Position numbers and translations under genes: made by a program. The notes below the pieces were generated by a model. The model saw nothing but the letters and a program-made list of their open reading frames with translations, was not told where the DNA came from and did no database searches. A DNA stretch of 64,000 nt from Candidatus Saccharimonadales bacterium (lineage in GTDB: Bacteria > Patescibacteriota > Saccharimonadia > Saccharimonadales > EFPC-124): the NCBI GenBank assembly GCA_050730875.1, contig JBOHNX010000002.1, forward strand, positions 220,805 through 284,804, read 5' to 3'. Shown piece after piece: positions 1 through 9,663 of the stretch; the first letter of the stretch is position 1; every line of letters starts with the position of its first letter.

Positions 1-55
1 GGTGATTGGTATTGCTGCCGGGCTTATATCGCTTGCATTCGGCTTGTCAAAATAG
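1..55 (+). CDS. 3' end of a CDS truncated by the window edge (hydrophobic C-terminus ...VIGIAAGLISLAFGLSK*)
   Basis: Open frame from nt 2 to TAG at 53-55. Only 17 codons are visible, so no family assignment is possible. Confidence 0.2.
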   Translation, partial: VIGIAAGLISLAFGLSK

Positions 56-387
56 TCATGCAGACATTTGATTTAGGCTAGTTCTAATTGCTCATCCCTG
101 CTTGGAATGCTGTACAGCAACGCGCGAGTGCTTCACCGCTGCGGCGAACTTCTTTAACGAATTCAGAAACGAGCGGTTGGTTGCCAACTTCTCTGTACAG
201 ACGCCGCGACCACTTATCGGTGTGGTTCATGCGAACTGAGGGCCATGATAACTGTTTTCCTTGCGTAACCCCTTGGCAAGTCGCAGGAAGCTTTGCTTGC
301 CTATTGGTCCAGATCTAATAAGTTGACTTAGCTAACTATTTATGATGTTCTATATCTCAGCCTCTAGGTGAGGAGAAGTTTTACATT

Positions 388-1629
388 TTGACCGAAGGAT
401 GTGACACGGTGAACATTGAAGGACTGCGGCGCAACCTGCGGTTGCTGCTAGCGTTCAAGTTAGCTTCTTTCTTCTTTGTGTACCTGCCGGTTTCGCTGGC
501 GTACTATCAGGAGATCGGGCTAAACTTAGCCCAAATTAACGCGCTGCAGTCGCTCAGTTGGGGTATGCTAATCCTGACAGAGATTCCGACTGGAGCACTT
601 GCCGACCGGTTTGGCCATCGACAGGCGTTGATCGTTGGCGCGTTGTTGCATGTCTTAGCGTTCTGTGTGTTGACTGTTACCTACTCGTTTGTATGGGTGG
701 TGGTCGCACATGTGCTGCTTGGTCTCGGTATTTCCTTTGTGAGGGGTGCAGATAGCGCGTTGGCGCGTGAAAGCACCGATCGCCTGGGAGAAAAGACCGA
801 GAAGCAGCCGTACTTCAAGTTCGAGCGGCGTGGAGTCTTTTTTGCCGGTTTGGGCGAAGGCGCGGCTGCACTTGCGGCGCTCGCCCTCGTGTTGGGCCTG
901 GACGAAAACGGACCGCGTGCGGCCATGGGCGTACAGGTAATTAGTTCGATTGTCCTGCTGATCCTGGCCGTCCTAACAACCGAGGCACGTCAGCTACCCA
1001 AAGCGTCGCTTGGTGGTTTCAAGGTGTCGCTTGCTGAACACTGGCGGACGACTCGCACTAACCTTGTGGCGGCATACCGTAACAAGCACGTGCGGTGGCT
1101 AGCGGTCTACGGCGCAGTGATTGGCTGCACAACGCAGACCATGGTGTGGCTCACACTACCCTATTTCCAGTCGCTCGGCCTCACACCGCTGTGGTATGCC
1201 GCGTTGTGGGCGGGATACCATTTCGTCTACGCTGGGCTGTCATTCACGGTCGATGCCTACGAGAATGTGTTTGGACGTTCCGGCGCACTCACCAGTTTGG
1301 TGGGCTGGGGCGCCGTGGCTTACATCGCGCTGATGGTGCTACCGGGCTACTGGGGGCTGCTGATGTTGCTAGCGTTCTTCTTCATCCGAGCAGTGCAGTT
1401 GCCGATTGTGCGTGATTACCTGACGAAGGAGGTGAAGGGAGACTACGCAACGGCATTGTCGGTGCTCAGCACGGTGCAGCTCACGCTGTTTGTCATTATG
1501 AACAGTGTTCTCGGCATTGTGATGGAGCAGTATTCGGTGTACGCTGCTTTTGGCGTTTCGCTTGTGGTGTATGGACTGCTTGGGCTACTCTCGGCGACGC
1601 GCCTCCGGTACCACGCTCTTCGGTCATAA
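388..1629 (+). CDS. MFS-type transporter
   Basis: 413-aa ORF with about 12 hydrophobic segments. MFS motif-A-like loop GALADRFGHRQ after TM2. TTG start 12 nt after GAGGAG. Confidence 0.6.
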   Translation: MTEGCDTVNIEGLRRNLRLLLAFKLASFFFVYLPVSLAYYQEIGLNLAQINALQSLSWGMLILTEIPTGALADRFGHRQALIVGALLHVLAFCVLTVTYSFVWVVVAHVLLGLGISFVRGADSALARESTDRLGEKTEKQPYFKFERRGVFFAGLGEGAAALAALALVLGLDENGPRAAMGVQVISSIVLLILAVLTTEARQLPKASLGGFKVSLAEHWRTTRTNLVAAYRNKHVRWLAVYGAVIGCTTQTMVWLTLPYFQSLGLTPLWYAALWAGYHFVYAGLSFTVDAYENVFGRSGALTSLVGWGAVAYIALMVLPGYWGLLMLLAFFFIRAVQLPIVRDYLTKEVKGDYATALSVLSTVQLTLFVIMNSVLGIVMEQYSVYAAFGVSLVVYGLLGLLSATRLRYHALRS

Positions 1630-1638
1630 CTTCTACTG

Positions 1639-1670
1639 AAGGCCTGTCGCTGCCAGCGGCGGGCCTTTTT
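1639..1670 (+). terminator. Rho-independent terminator-like hairpin after the MFS gene
   Basis: AAGGCC...(inner CGCTG/CAGCG)...GGCCTTTTT, 10 nt after the stop codon. Confidence 0.5.
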
Positions 1671-1694
1671 CAATTTTTGTGGCATACTACTAGT

Positions 1695-2354
1695 ATGAAA
1701 TCGCAGATTAAGTCACGTCCTGCTGCTTTGCTTCATTTCATTAATGTCGCTTTACTTGTTTGGCTAGGGATGTTGGCGTTTATTGACCTCCACCTGGCTG
1801 CACGTATTGCAGCTTATGTGGGGTTACTTGAACTGGCAGTGTTGTTAATACCGCCACGACTACTCGGGGTACAGCGTCTGGATAGGTGGCAGCCAAAACT
1901 TATGCTGGTCGCACCGCTCGGTAAGTGGCTGGGGCTTTGGACGACATTTTGGCTGGTGATGCATGCGACTGTGTCTTCGTTTGCGTATTTTGACGCCTTC
2001 GTACTCGGCGCACACTTATTGCGGCCGGAAATCATCTTAGGTACGCTCTCGCTGATCATCTTTTTAGGCTTAGCACTTATTTCGAACAAATGGAGTTACG
2101 CTCACATCAAGTGGTGGAAGCACCTCAACATGCTGGTGTGGTTAGCGGTGCCGTTTGCTTTCGTGCATTCCCTGCTGGCGGCCGCAGAGCATTTAGGTGC
2201 GGGCCCATTTGTATTGGTGCCCTGGTTGTTGTTGGCGATTGCCGTAGCCGGTGCTGCGGGTTTGCTGCGCGCTAAGCGCGACTACTTTGCGCGGCACCGC
2301 GTAGGGCTGCTTGTGCTCGGTAGTACGGTGGCAATGCTAGTTGCTATACTTTAG
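1695..2354 (+). CDS. Ferric-reductase-like transmembrane domain protein (MsrQ/YedZ-like)
   Basis: Six hydrophobic segments. Blocks GKWLGLWTTFWLVMHATVS and WWKHLNMLVWLAVPFAFVHSLL align by eye with the heme-ligand His regions of E. coli MsrQ. The ATG at 1695 is preferred to the TTG at 1677, which lies in the upstream terminator T-tract. Confidence 0.5.
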   Translation: MKSQIKSRPAALLHFINVALLVWLGMLAFIDLHLAARIAAYVGLLELAVLLIPPRLLGVQRLDRWQPKLMLVAPLGKWLGLWTTFWLVMHATVSSFAYFDAFVLGAHLLRPEIILGTLSLIIFLGLALISNKWSYAHIKWWKHLNMLVWLAVPFAFVHSLLAAAEHLGAGPFVLVPWLLLAIAVAGAAGLLRAKRDYFARHRVGLLVLGSTVAMLVAIL

Positions 2355-2356
2355 GT

Positions 2357-2752
2357 ATGGATTCAATATTTACGAAGATTATCAGAGGCGAGATTCCATC
2401 GCATAAGATTTACGAGGACGACAAAACCTTCGCTTTTTTAGATATTCATCCCGCGCAGCCTGGCCACGCTCTTGTGGTGCCAAAGGTGCAGGTAGATCGG
2501 CTCGAAAATCTTTCCGAAGATGATTATGTAGCTCTTATGACAACAGTCAAGAAGGTGATGCATCGCGCCGTTGAAGTGTTCGGTTCGGAATATCGTGCTT
2601 GCTTGAAGCTTGAAGGCTTTGATGTGCCGCACTCACATGTGCATATTATCCCCTGTCGCACGGCAGCCGATTTTTGGGCGAAACAGCGCATGGACGTTGA
2701 GCCAGACCACGAAGCCTTAGCAGAGGTAGCCCAGCGGTTAGCTTTCAAATGA
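2357..2752 (+). CDS. HIT-family nucleotide hydrolase/transferase
   Basis: 131 aa. Histidine triad HSHVHIIP (HxHxHxx) and N-terminal IFTKIIRGEIPS typical of Hint-like proteins. Confidence 0.8.
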   Translation: MDSIFTKIIRGEIPSHKIYEDDKTFAFLDIHPAQPGHALVVPKVQVDRLENLSEDDYVALMTTVKKVMHRAVEVFGSEYRACLKLEGFDVPHSHVHIIPCRTAADFWAKQRMDVEPDHEALAEVAQRLAFK

Positions 2753-3216
2753 AAATTCTTCTTTTAGCCATTGGCAAGCGGCATGATGCAAAACTTGCTG
2801 CGGCGATTGATGATTATGTGGCTCGCCTACAGCGCTACGCAAGGGTTGAGTGGCAATTTGTACCATCGCCCCATGCCACCATGTCATCCGACGAGCAGAA
2901 AGAACGGGAAACCGCGGCTCTCATGAGCCAGATAAAATCCGACGATTATGTGGTGCTGCTAGATGAGCGCGGCCAACAGTGGTCCACGCGCCAACTTGCC
3001 GAAGAACTCGGCGAACACGAACTGCGCGGCACCAACCGCGTGGTGTTTATAATCGGCGGCGCCTACGGAGTTGCCAGCGAGCTGAGCTCCCGTGCCGACG
3101 AAGTGTGGGCACTCTCCAAACTGATACTCCCCCACCAACTCGTGCGCTTGGTTTTGGCCGAACAACTCTATCGTGCCTTCACCATCCTCCGCGGCGAACC
3201 ATATCATCACGACTAA
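2749..3216 (+). CDS. rlmH: 23S rRNA (pseudouridine1915-N3)-methyltransferase RlmH (SPOUT)
   Basis: 155 aa. Family-typical MKI..LAIGK start, FIIGGAYG knot region and C-terminal RGEPYHH. ATGA overlap with the upstream HIT gene. Confidence 0.8.
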   Translation: MKILLLAIGKRHDAKLAAAIDDYVARLQRYARVEWQFVPSPHATMSSDEQKERETAALMSQIKSDDYVVLLDERGQQWSTRQLAEELGEHELRGTNRVVFIIGGAYGVASELSSRADEVWALSKLILPHQLVRLVLAEQLYRAFTILRGEPYHHD

Positions 3217-3289
3217 CATATAATTGACTTTTAAGCTCAAGCATGTTAATGTAAGTTTGTATTGTCATAAAAACAAAAACCTGACAAAT

Positions 3290-3649
3290 ATGAACACCTT
3301 ACCCACCACCTATTTTTCAGCAGCTTTGAGTCTTATGCTCTGCATGGCTGTTATCTTGAGTGGTGCGCATGTTAAAGATTTGGTTAATCTACCAGCAGAC
3401 CCGGCGAGTATAGAAGTTAAAAAAGCTCCCGGCGAAGCCGGCGGTAAGGCTTCTTTTGATCTGCACCCGCACATGGATAAACAAACTTTTTCTTCGCTGG
3501 TAAAAGTAAGCGGTGACAACCCTATGAATGCCGATCCGCGATCACTGCGCTCGGTACGTGTTCACAAGAAAAGCATGGTAAGCCGCGACCGTCACAATCA
3601 CCTGTTTGATTCGTGGTGGGAACTGGTTCGCTCTGCCGTTAGCGCTTAA
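3290..3649 (+). CDS. Hypothetical secreted/membrane-anchored protein
   Basis: N-terminal hydrophobic signal-like segment YFSAALSLMLCMAVILSGA starting from the ATG at 3290. No recognisable domain. Confidence 0.4.
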   Translation: MNTLPTTYFSAALSLMLCMAVILSGAHVKDLVNLPADPASIEVKKAPGEAGGKASFDLHPHMDKQTFSSLVKVSGDNPMNADPRSLRSVRVHKKSMVSRDRHNHLFDSWWELVRSAVSA

Positions 3650-3655
3650 GAAGGA

Positions 3656-4066
3656 TTACTGAGGGCCCCACGGTGTGCCCATGCGTCGCATAAAGTCGTT
3701 TGAAGCGCGCTCTACTTCTATAACCGCGGTTACTTTTAGGCCTGGGTCGGCGATACTCAGGCCTTTAACGGCAACTACCGCCTTTTTTAGCTCTAACCAC
3801 TCAATTGCCTCAGCATCGGTCGTGATAGCGTCTCTAGCGTTGTCAAGCGTGCAACCCGCTTCGCACAAGCGGTGGTATAGTTGCTCGTCGTATTGTTCGG
3901 GGCTTAGGGCCTCGATTCCGTGGAAGAATGGGAATGGGCCTGGATTCGGTTCTTCGGCAAGTGCCACACTTTCAAAGACCTCGATGTCATCGTCATCAAA
4001 CGTTTCAGGCGAATAGTTAGGCTGCTCGGTTTCTTCGGGTGGTAGTATGCGAGTAGTTCGTTCCAT
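3656..4066 (-). CDS. Hypothetical acidic protein
   Basis: 136-aa ORF with a very acidic N-terminal half. No recognisable motif. Confidence 0.4.
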   Translation of the reverse strand: MERTTRILPPEETEQPNYSPETFDDDDIEVFESVALAEEPNPGPFPFFHGIEALSPEQYDEQLYHRLCEAGCTLDNARDAITTDAEAIEWLELKKAVVAVKGLSIADPGLKVTAVIEVERASNDFMRRMGTPWGPQ

Positions 4067-4125
4067 GACTTATTCCTGTATATCTTTTGTATAACACAAG
4101 ATACAACAATAGTCAAGGGGGATCG

Positions 4126-6690
4126 CTAGGTCTTGGGCACAAGTACCTCGAGCTCGCGTACTAGGCGTTGCTCGATGGTTTTTTGTTCTGTCAGCTGCTC
4201 GTGTGTTTGCTTAACAACCTTGGCTGGCGCGTTGTTGACGTAGCCCTTGTTGGCCAATCGGCCTTCGAGACGCTTGATACTTTCACGTGCAACATCTAGC
4301 CGGTTTTCCAGTTTTGCCTGGTGGTCGTGGAGGGTTTTGGCGTCGATATCGAGCCAGACTTCGTGCTTGGCAACGGCGAGCCGTAGGCCTCTACCCTGCT
4401 CTATCTTTTGGACTTCTTGGAGCTGTGCCAGATGACGAATAAGCTCGGCGTGTTTATCAATAAGGGCGTCGTCGACAAACACTAATCGTTGCTTCCCTTT
4501 TGCGAGATCAGCCGTTACAAACCGCGCTTCGGTGACGATTTCTTTGATTTGCTCGAACTGCTTGGCAGCGCGTGCATCGTACTTGGGACCTTTTGGCCAT
4601 GTACCAGTAATGAGCAGGTTCTTCTCCCATTCTAGCGTTTGCCAGATAGTTTCGGTTACAAACGGCGCAAACGGATGCGCGATCGTCAGGATTGTCTCGA
4701 GCCCATATGCCATGACCGACGGGTTCGGATTAATCTTGCTAGCTTCGATGTACCAGTCGGCAAAGTCATCCCAAACAGTGTGGTACATCAGCTCATAAGC
4801 TTCGGCGAAGCGGTAACTCTCAATAAGTTTGGCGATCTTTACGCTTGCGGCATCGAGGCGCTGTAGGATCCAGTGGTCGGCTGGAGTTTCGGGCTTTGGC
4901 GCGCGATCTTTGTAGTTCTCGCCCAACTTGTCTTCTATGAAGCGAGCAATATTCCAGAGTTTGTTGGCAAAGTTACGGCCGGCAATCACGCTGCCGACTG
5001 AGAATGCCTGGCTAACACCGGCGCTCCTGTTGGCTAGCAGGCCCATGCGCAGCGCATCAGAGCCGTACTCCTGAACGAGCTCCTGTGGGTTAATAACGTT
5101 GCCCTTGCTCTTGCTCATTTTTTGGCTGTGCTCATCGAGTACTAAACCGTGTAGGTACACGTGCTTAAACGGTATTTCGCCAGTGCGGTACAGGCCGAGC
5201 ATTATCATGCGCGAAACCCATGGGAATAAGATGTCGTAGCCGGTTTCCATGACGTCGAGCGGATAAAAGCGGCTTAACTCCCCTTTTTCGAGGTAGTCTG
5301 TGGTAATAAACGGCCACTGGCCAGAGCTAAACCAGGTGTCGAAGGTGTCTTCTTCGCGGTGATAGGTGACGCCGTCGACTTCGATTGTCGGTTGGTCTAC
5401 CCTTTCGTCAAAGATCCATTTAGTGTGGTCCTGATCGCTTTGGAACGCAGGAATTGGAATGCCCCAAGGGATCTGACGACTGAGGTTCCAGTCCTTCAGG
5501 TTTTTGAGGTAATTAACGAGGACTTTACCCCTGTCTTTTGGCGTAAAGGTGATGTCACCGTTTTCGATGGCGGCAACGGCTTTGTCAGCAAGCGGTTTAA
5601 CTTTTAGAAACCACTGGTCTTTGATGAGTGGTTGAATAACCGTGCCGCACTTGTAGCAATGGCCGACGGTGTGGCTGTAGTCCTCTTCGGCTCGTAACTG
5701 CTCTGCAGCAGCGAGTGCGGCCAAAACGCGTTTGCGCGCTTCCAGGTGATCGATATGCGCAAACTGGGGAGGGCTTTCTTCGGTCATTTTGCCGTCGAAG
5801 CCGATGACTTGGATGATCGGCAAGTTGTGGCGCTCCCCTATTTCGAAGTCGGTTGGGTCGTGTGCCGGGGTAACTTTAACTGCCCCTGTTCCAAATTGCG
5901 GGTCGACTGCTTCGTCGGCAACGATTGGAATTTCACGATTTGTCAGTGGTACCCAGGCGCGTTTGCCGATAAGCTCCTTGTAGCGTGGATCGTTGGGGTT
6001 AACAGCGATTGCGGTATCGCCCAGCATGGTCTCTGGACGCGTGGTGGCTACTTCGATTTCGCCAATTTTGTCGACCAGCGTGTAGGCAATGCGCCACAGT
6101 TTTGACTTCTCTACTTTGTGCTCGACTTCGATATCTGCAAAAGAAGTGTGGTGTTTGGTACAGTAGTTAACAATGCGTTCGCCTCGGTAAATATGGCCAT
6201 CGTCCCATAGCTTTTTGAACGTTTCGTAGGCGGTTTTAATAACTTTTTCGTCGAGCGTGAATGTAAAGTGATCCCAATCTAAACTAGCGCCGAGTTCGCG
6301 CAGCTGGATTTCCATGTTACCGCGCTGCGCTTCTACAAAGTCCCAGACCATACTGTAAAGTTGCGCACGTGAAAAATCGAAGCGAGATTTCCCCTGTTTT
6401 TCGAGTTGCCGCTCGAAAACAACCCAAGTTTCGAAGCCGGCGTGGTCGGCGCCTGGCAAGAAAGTGGTCGCCTTCCCCTGCAAGCGGTGATAGCGCGCCA
6501 GGACGTCTTCGAGCGCTACAGCCAAGGCGTGACCCACGTGCAAGTTACCGTTTGCGTTTGGTGGTGGCAGCACCAAACTGAAGGTGCCACGCTCCCCTTC
6601 TTTGCTTGGCGAAAATGCCTTGCTTGTTTCCCACAATTGGTAAATCCGCGGCTCGTATGCTTGCGGCTCGTAAGTTTTTGCTAATTTCAT
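4126..6690 (-). CDS. valS: Valine--tRNA ligase
   Basis: 854 aa. HIGH motif (PPPNANGNLHVGHAL), KMSKS motif (KMSKSKGN), ValRS editing/CP1 region and C-terminal coiled coil. Confidence 0.95.
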   Translation of the reverse strand: MKLAKTYEPQAYEPRIYQLWETSKAFSPSKEGERGTFSLVLPPPNANGNLHVGHALAVALEDVLARYHRLQGKATTFLPGADHAGFETWVVFERQLEKQGKSRFDFSRAQLYSMVWDFVEAQRGNMEIQLRELGASLDWDHFTFTLDEKVIKTAYETFKKLWDDGHIYRGERIVNYCTKHHTSFADIEVEHKVEKSKLWRIAYTLVDKIGEIEVATTRPETMLGDTAIAVNPNDPRYKELIGKRAWVPLTNREIPIVADEAVDPQFGTGAVKVTPAHDPTDFEIGERHNLPIIQVIGFDGKMTEESPPQFAHIDHLEARKRVLAALAAAEQLRAEEDYSHTVGHCYKCGTVIQPLIKDQWFLKVKPLADKAVAAIENGDITFTPKDRGKVLVNYLKNLKDWNLSRQIPWGIPIPAFQSDQDHTKWIFDERVDQPTIEVDGVTYHREEDTFDTWFSSGQWPFITTDYLEKGELSRFYPLDVMETGYDILFPWVSRMIMLGLYRTGEIPFKHVYLHGLVLDEHSQKMSKSKGNVINPQELVQEYGSDALRMGLLANRSAGVSQAFSVGSVIAGRNFANKLWNIARFIEDKLGENYKDRAPKPETPADHWILQRLDAASVKIAKLIESYRFAEAYELMYHTVWDDFADWYIEASKINPNPSVMAYGLETILTIAHPFAPFVTETIWQTLEWEKNLLITGTWPKGPKYDARAAKQFEQIKEIVTEARFVTADLAKGKQRLVFVDDALIDKHAELIRHLAQLQEVQKIEQGRGLRLAVAKHEVWLDIDAKTLHDHQAKLENRLDVARESIKRLEGRLANKGYVNNAPAKVVKQTHEQLTEQKTIEQRLVRELEVLVPKT

Positions 6691-6800
6691 AAATCTTTAT
6701 CCAATAGTTTCACACGAAAATCAAACCTAAAACCAGAAGTTTCCCACCTCGGCAACAAACATTCTTGATGTGAATTTTGTTGCTTCTTGTTTTCGCAACT

Positions 6801-6809
6801 AGTATACCA
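6801..6809 (-). promoter_or_regulatory. Candidate extended -10 promoter (TGGTATACT) for valS
   Basis: The minus strand reads TGGTATACT about 110 nt upstream of the valS ATG. No clear -35. Confidence 0.3.
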
Positions 6810-6901
6810 CACGTCCCCTCTGTTACGGCCGCTATGGCAAAATAGGGAATGGAGTACGTAAGGGTTTCGTGGTATAACCAAATAAAAGGGGGTATGCATT
6901 T

Positions 6902-7228
6902 ATGGCAGCGAAATCACCAAAACTATTGGGACCAGGCAAATGGCACCTTTCGTGGAAGCGGCTGCTAATTGCGGCTTCGATAGTGCTTAACATCGGTTTC
7001 TTGGTCGTGTTTGTTAGCATGGCAACGACAAACGCTTTTGATGGCTTGTATGTGCGTGAAGGTTTAGAGCGCTACTGCGACACCGAAAACGACAACAAGT
7101 TTGAATACCCGAACGACCAAGCAAAAGCCCAACGTGACTTTTTGTGTGCACGTGGCGAAGCCCAGGAATACTTTACTGAAGGCTTTAAAAAATACCTCGA
7201 CTTTAAGAGTATCCCCTATTCAGAGTAG
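6902..7228 (+). CDS. Hypothetical single-pass membrane protein
   Basis: 108 aa. One TM segment (LLIAASIVLNIGFLVVFVSM). AAGGGGG RBS 10 nt upstream of the ATG. Confidence 0.45.
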   Translation: MAAKSPKLLGPGKWHLSWKRLLIAASIVLNIGFLVVFVSMATTNAFDGLYVREGLERYCDTENDNKFEYPNDQAKAQRDFLCARGEAQEYFTEGFKKYLDFKSIPYSE

Positions 7229-7233
7229 GGAAG

Positions 7234-8262
7234 TTACATCGAAAGACTCGGGATAACCTCCAGCGAATAGGGGTCGGCTGGCTCGCTGCGTTTTGCCTGG
7301 TAATAGGCGAGGGTAGCGATCATGGCGGCGTTGTCGGTACAGAGCGAAGGAGCGGCATAGTTGATTTCGATCGGCAGCCGCTCTTTTAGTTGGCGGCGCA
7401 GCTCCTGGTTAGCGGCAACGCCACCGGCGATAACTACCGAAGCAGGGGAGTAGTCCTGGTAGGCCAGCATGGTTTTGTCGACTAACGTTTCGATGGCGAT
7501 GTGCTGGAAGCTCGCGGCAATATTATTGCGTTGTGAGGCCGTGAGAAGCGCTGCAAGCTGGGTGGAAGGAAAGTCGTGTGATTTGCCACATAATGCTTGT
7601 GCTTGGCGCAGCACGGCCGTTTTAAGGCCCGAAAAGCTAAAGTCGTACTTGCCGGGCATTTTAGCTTTGGGGAATTTGATGGCGTGCGGATCGCCTTGTT
7701 CGGCGAATTTGGCAATTGACGGACCGCCCGGGTAGGGGAGTCCGATAACTTTTGCCACCTTGTCGAAGGCTTCGCCGACAGCATCATCCTGGGTCTGGCC
7801 CAGCAGTGTGTAGTCGCCGTGGTCACGGAAGAGTACGAGCTGACTGTGGCCACCGCTCACGATAAGGGCCAGCATAGGGAATTTAGGCTGCGGGTCAATT
7901 AAGAAATTGGCATACACATGTCCTTCGACGTGATGAACAGGGTAGAGTGGCTTACTTTTAACAATCGCCAGCGTGCGGGCGGTGAGCGCACCAATCAACA
8001 AAGAGCCAATCAGGCCAGGCGCGTACGTGACGCCAATACCGTCGATGTCATCCCAGTTAACGTTCGCTTCTTTTAGCGCTTCATCGACGACGGGCAACAT
8101 AACTTCAATGTGGCTGCGGGCCGCAACTTCAGGCACCACACCGCCAAATGCTTTGTGGATGTCGATTTGGCTTTGCACGACATTGCTCAGCAATTCGTGC
8201 CCATCGCGGACGACGGCTGCAGAAGTTTCGTCACAACTTGTTTCAATCCCCAAGATAATCAT
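7234..8262 (-). CDS. tsaD: tRNA N6-adenosine threonylcarbamoyltransferase TsaD
   Basis: 342 aa. ILGIETSCDETSAAVV N-terminus and HHVEGH metal-binding motif of the Kae1/TsaD family. Confidence 0.9.
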   Translation of the reverse strand: MIILGIETSCDETSAAVVRDGHELLSNVVQSQIDIHKAFGGVVPEVAARSHIEVMLPVVDEALKEANVNWDDIDGIGVTYAPGLIGSLLIGALTARTLAIVKSKPLYPVHHVEGHVYANFLIDPQPKFPMLALIVSGGHSQLVLFRDHGDYTLLGQTQDDAVGEAFDKVAKVIGLPYPGGPSIAKFAEQGDPHAIKFPKAKMPGKYDFSFSGLKTAVLRQAQALCGKSHDFPSTQLAALLTASQRNNIAASFQHIAIETLVDKTMLAYQDYSPASVVIAGGVAANQELRRQLKERLPIEINYAAPSLCTDNAAMIATLAYYQAKRSEPADPYSLEVIPSLSM

Positions 8263-8319
8263 TACAGAGGTAGTGTACGCAATGTCGCGTCCAAACGCAA
8301 TTTTGAGTAAGATATCAAT

Positions 8320-9609
8320 ATGAATGTAAAGACGATAGTCAAAAAGATGCTACCCAGCGGCTTACGTTATCGAGTAGCGAACTTCTACCATTTGTTGGTG
8401 GCAATAGTCGCAAATATTCGATACGGATTCCCGGCACGTGGCGCCCAGGTGATTATGGTGACCGGTACAAATGGCAAAACAACCACGGCCGCTTTGATTA
8501 CCCGGATGTTGCAGCACGCTGGGCATAAGGTCGGTGCTTTAACGACTGCTTTTTACGCTTTTGGTGATCATTTAGAGCCTAACACTAGCAACCGCACAGT
8601 CGATGACATCTTTCGTGTTCAGGCGCTTTTAGCTCGAATGAAGAAGGCGGGTTGCGAATATTTGGTGATAGAGGTTACCTCGCAGGCGCTTGTGCAACAT
8701 AGACTTTGGGGTGTTCCGGTAGATGTGGCCGTTATGACCAACCTCAGCCAGGATCATCTTGATTACCACAAAACAATGGATGCCTATGCAGCTGCCAAAG
8801 GCAAGCTATTTGCGCGAAGACCGCGTTTCACGATCCTGAACCGTGATGATACTTGGTTTGATTATTTTGCAGCCTTTCCAGTCTCGAACCGCATGCTTAG
8901 TTACGGTACTTCGCCGGAGGCAGAGTGTCGAATTGACGATGTTCATCTGCACAAAAACGGCAGTGACGTAAAGCTAAAAGTTGATGACGAAAGCGATGTA
9001 GAGTTCACTACGAAGCTACCTGGTAAATTTAATGTATACAATGCCGCGGCCGCAATTGCAGTCGGCTACGTACTGCAGCTTGACCTTTCGCTCGTAGCCA
9101 AGGGTGTTGAAGCGCTCGAGCACGTGCCAGGCCGTCTGGAACGAGTCAATGCCGGCCAAACGTTCGACGTGATTGTTGACTACGCGCACACGCCGGATGC
9201 GTTGCAAAATCTGTTGGAAACGCTCAAGCATCTCACTGAAGATCAACTTATTTTAGTGTTCGGAGCTACTGGCGACCGCGACAAGACCAAGCGGCCCGAA
9301 ATGGGGGAAATAGCAGTAAAATTCGCTGACCACATTGTTTTGACCGATGAAGAACCATATGATGAAGATCCCGATGCAATCCGTGCCGATATCCGCAAGG
9401 GCATCGAAAAAGCCGGTGGCGCAGACAAAACTACTGAGATTGCCGACCGCCGCGAAGCAGTCGCCAAAGCGCTCAAAATGGCACGCAAAGGCGACACAGT
9501 GGCAATTACGGGTATGGGACACGAGCAATTCCGCGTTATCAAGGGTGAACGCCTCCCCTGGAACGATACGCAAGTAGTACAAGAACTCCTGACAAACAAG
9601 CGTTCATAA
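8320..9609 (+). CDS. murE: Mur ligase, MurE-type (UDP-MurNAc-L-Ala-D-Glu : diamino acid ligase), lacking the usual N-terminal domain
   Basis: 429 aa. P-loop VTGTNGKTTT. TNLSQDHLDYH...AAAKGKLF (carbamyl-Lys region). VDYAHTPDAL. FGATGDRDKTKRPEMG. TDEEPYDEDP occupies the place of the DNPR motif. Confidence 0.8.
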   Translation: MNVKTIVKKMLPSGLRYRVANFYHLLVAIVANIRYGFPARGAQVIMVTGTNGKTTTAALITRMLQHAGHKVGALTTAFYAFGDHLEPNTSNRTVDDIFRVQALLARMKKAGCEYLVIEVTSQALVQHRLWGVPVDVAVMTNLSQDHLDYHKTMDAYAAAKGKLFARRPRFTILNRDDTWFDYFAAFPVSNRMLSYGTSPEAECRIDDVHLHKNGSDVKLKVDDESDVEFTTKLPGKFNVYNAAAAIAVGYVLQLDLSLVAKGVEALEHVPGRLERVNAGQTFDVIVDYAHTPDALQNLLETLKHLTEDQLILVFGATGDRDKTKRPEMGEIAVKFADHIVLTDEEPYDEDPDAIRADIRKGIEKAGGADKTTEIADRREAVAKALKMARKGDTVAITGMGHEQFRVIKGERLPWNDTQVVQELLTNKRS

Positions 9610-9663
9610 GCGTAAACTGGACGCTGATGATAAAATAAATGAAGTTAGGTATTTTGGTGGTGT

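Noticed and set aside
88-318. 76-aa plus-strand ORF, and a 48-aa minus-strand ORF (about 85..231), in the first intergenic region
   Set aside because: They have no RBS, no motif and odd composition, so there is too little evidence to call a gene. The region is left as non-coding or unknown.
6691-6901. Possible T-box riboswitch upstream of valS, and the 70-aa ORF 6687..6899
   Set aside because: No T-box sequence (…GGTGGTACCGCG-like) or specifier-loop features were found on the minus strand. The ORF has no support and overlaps the leader.
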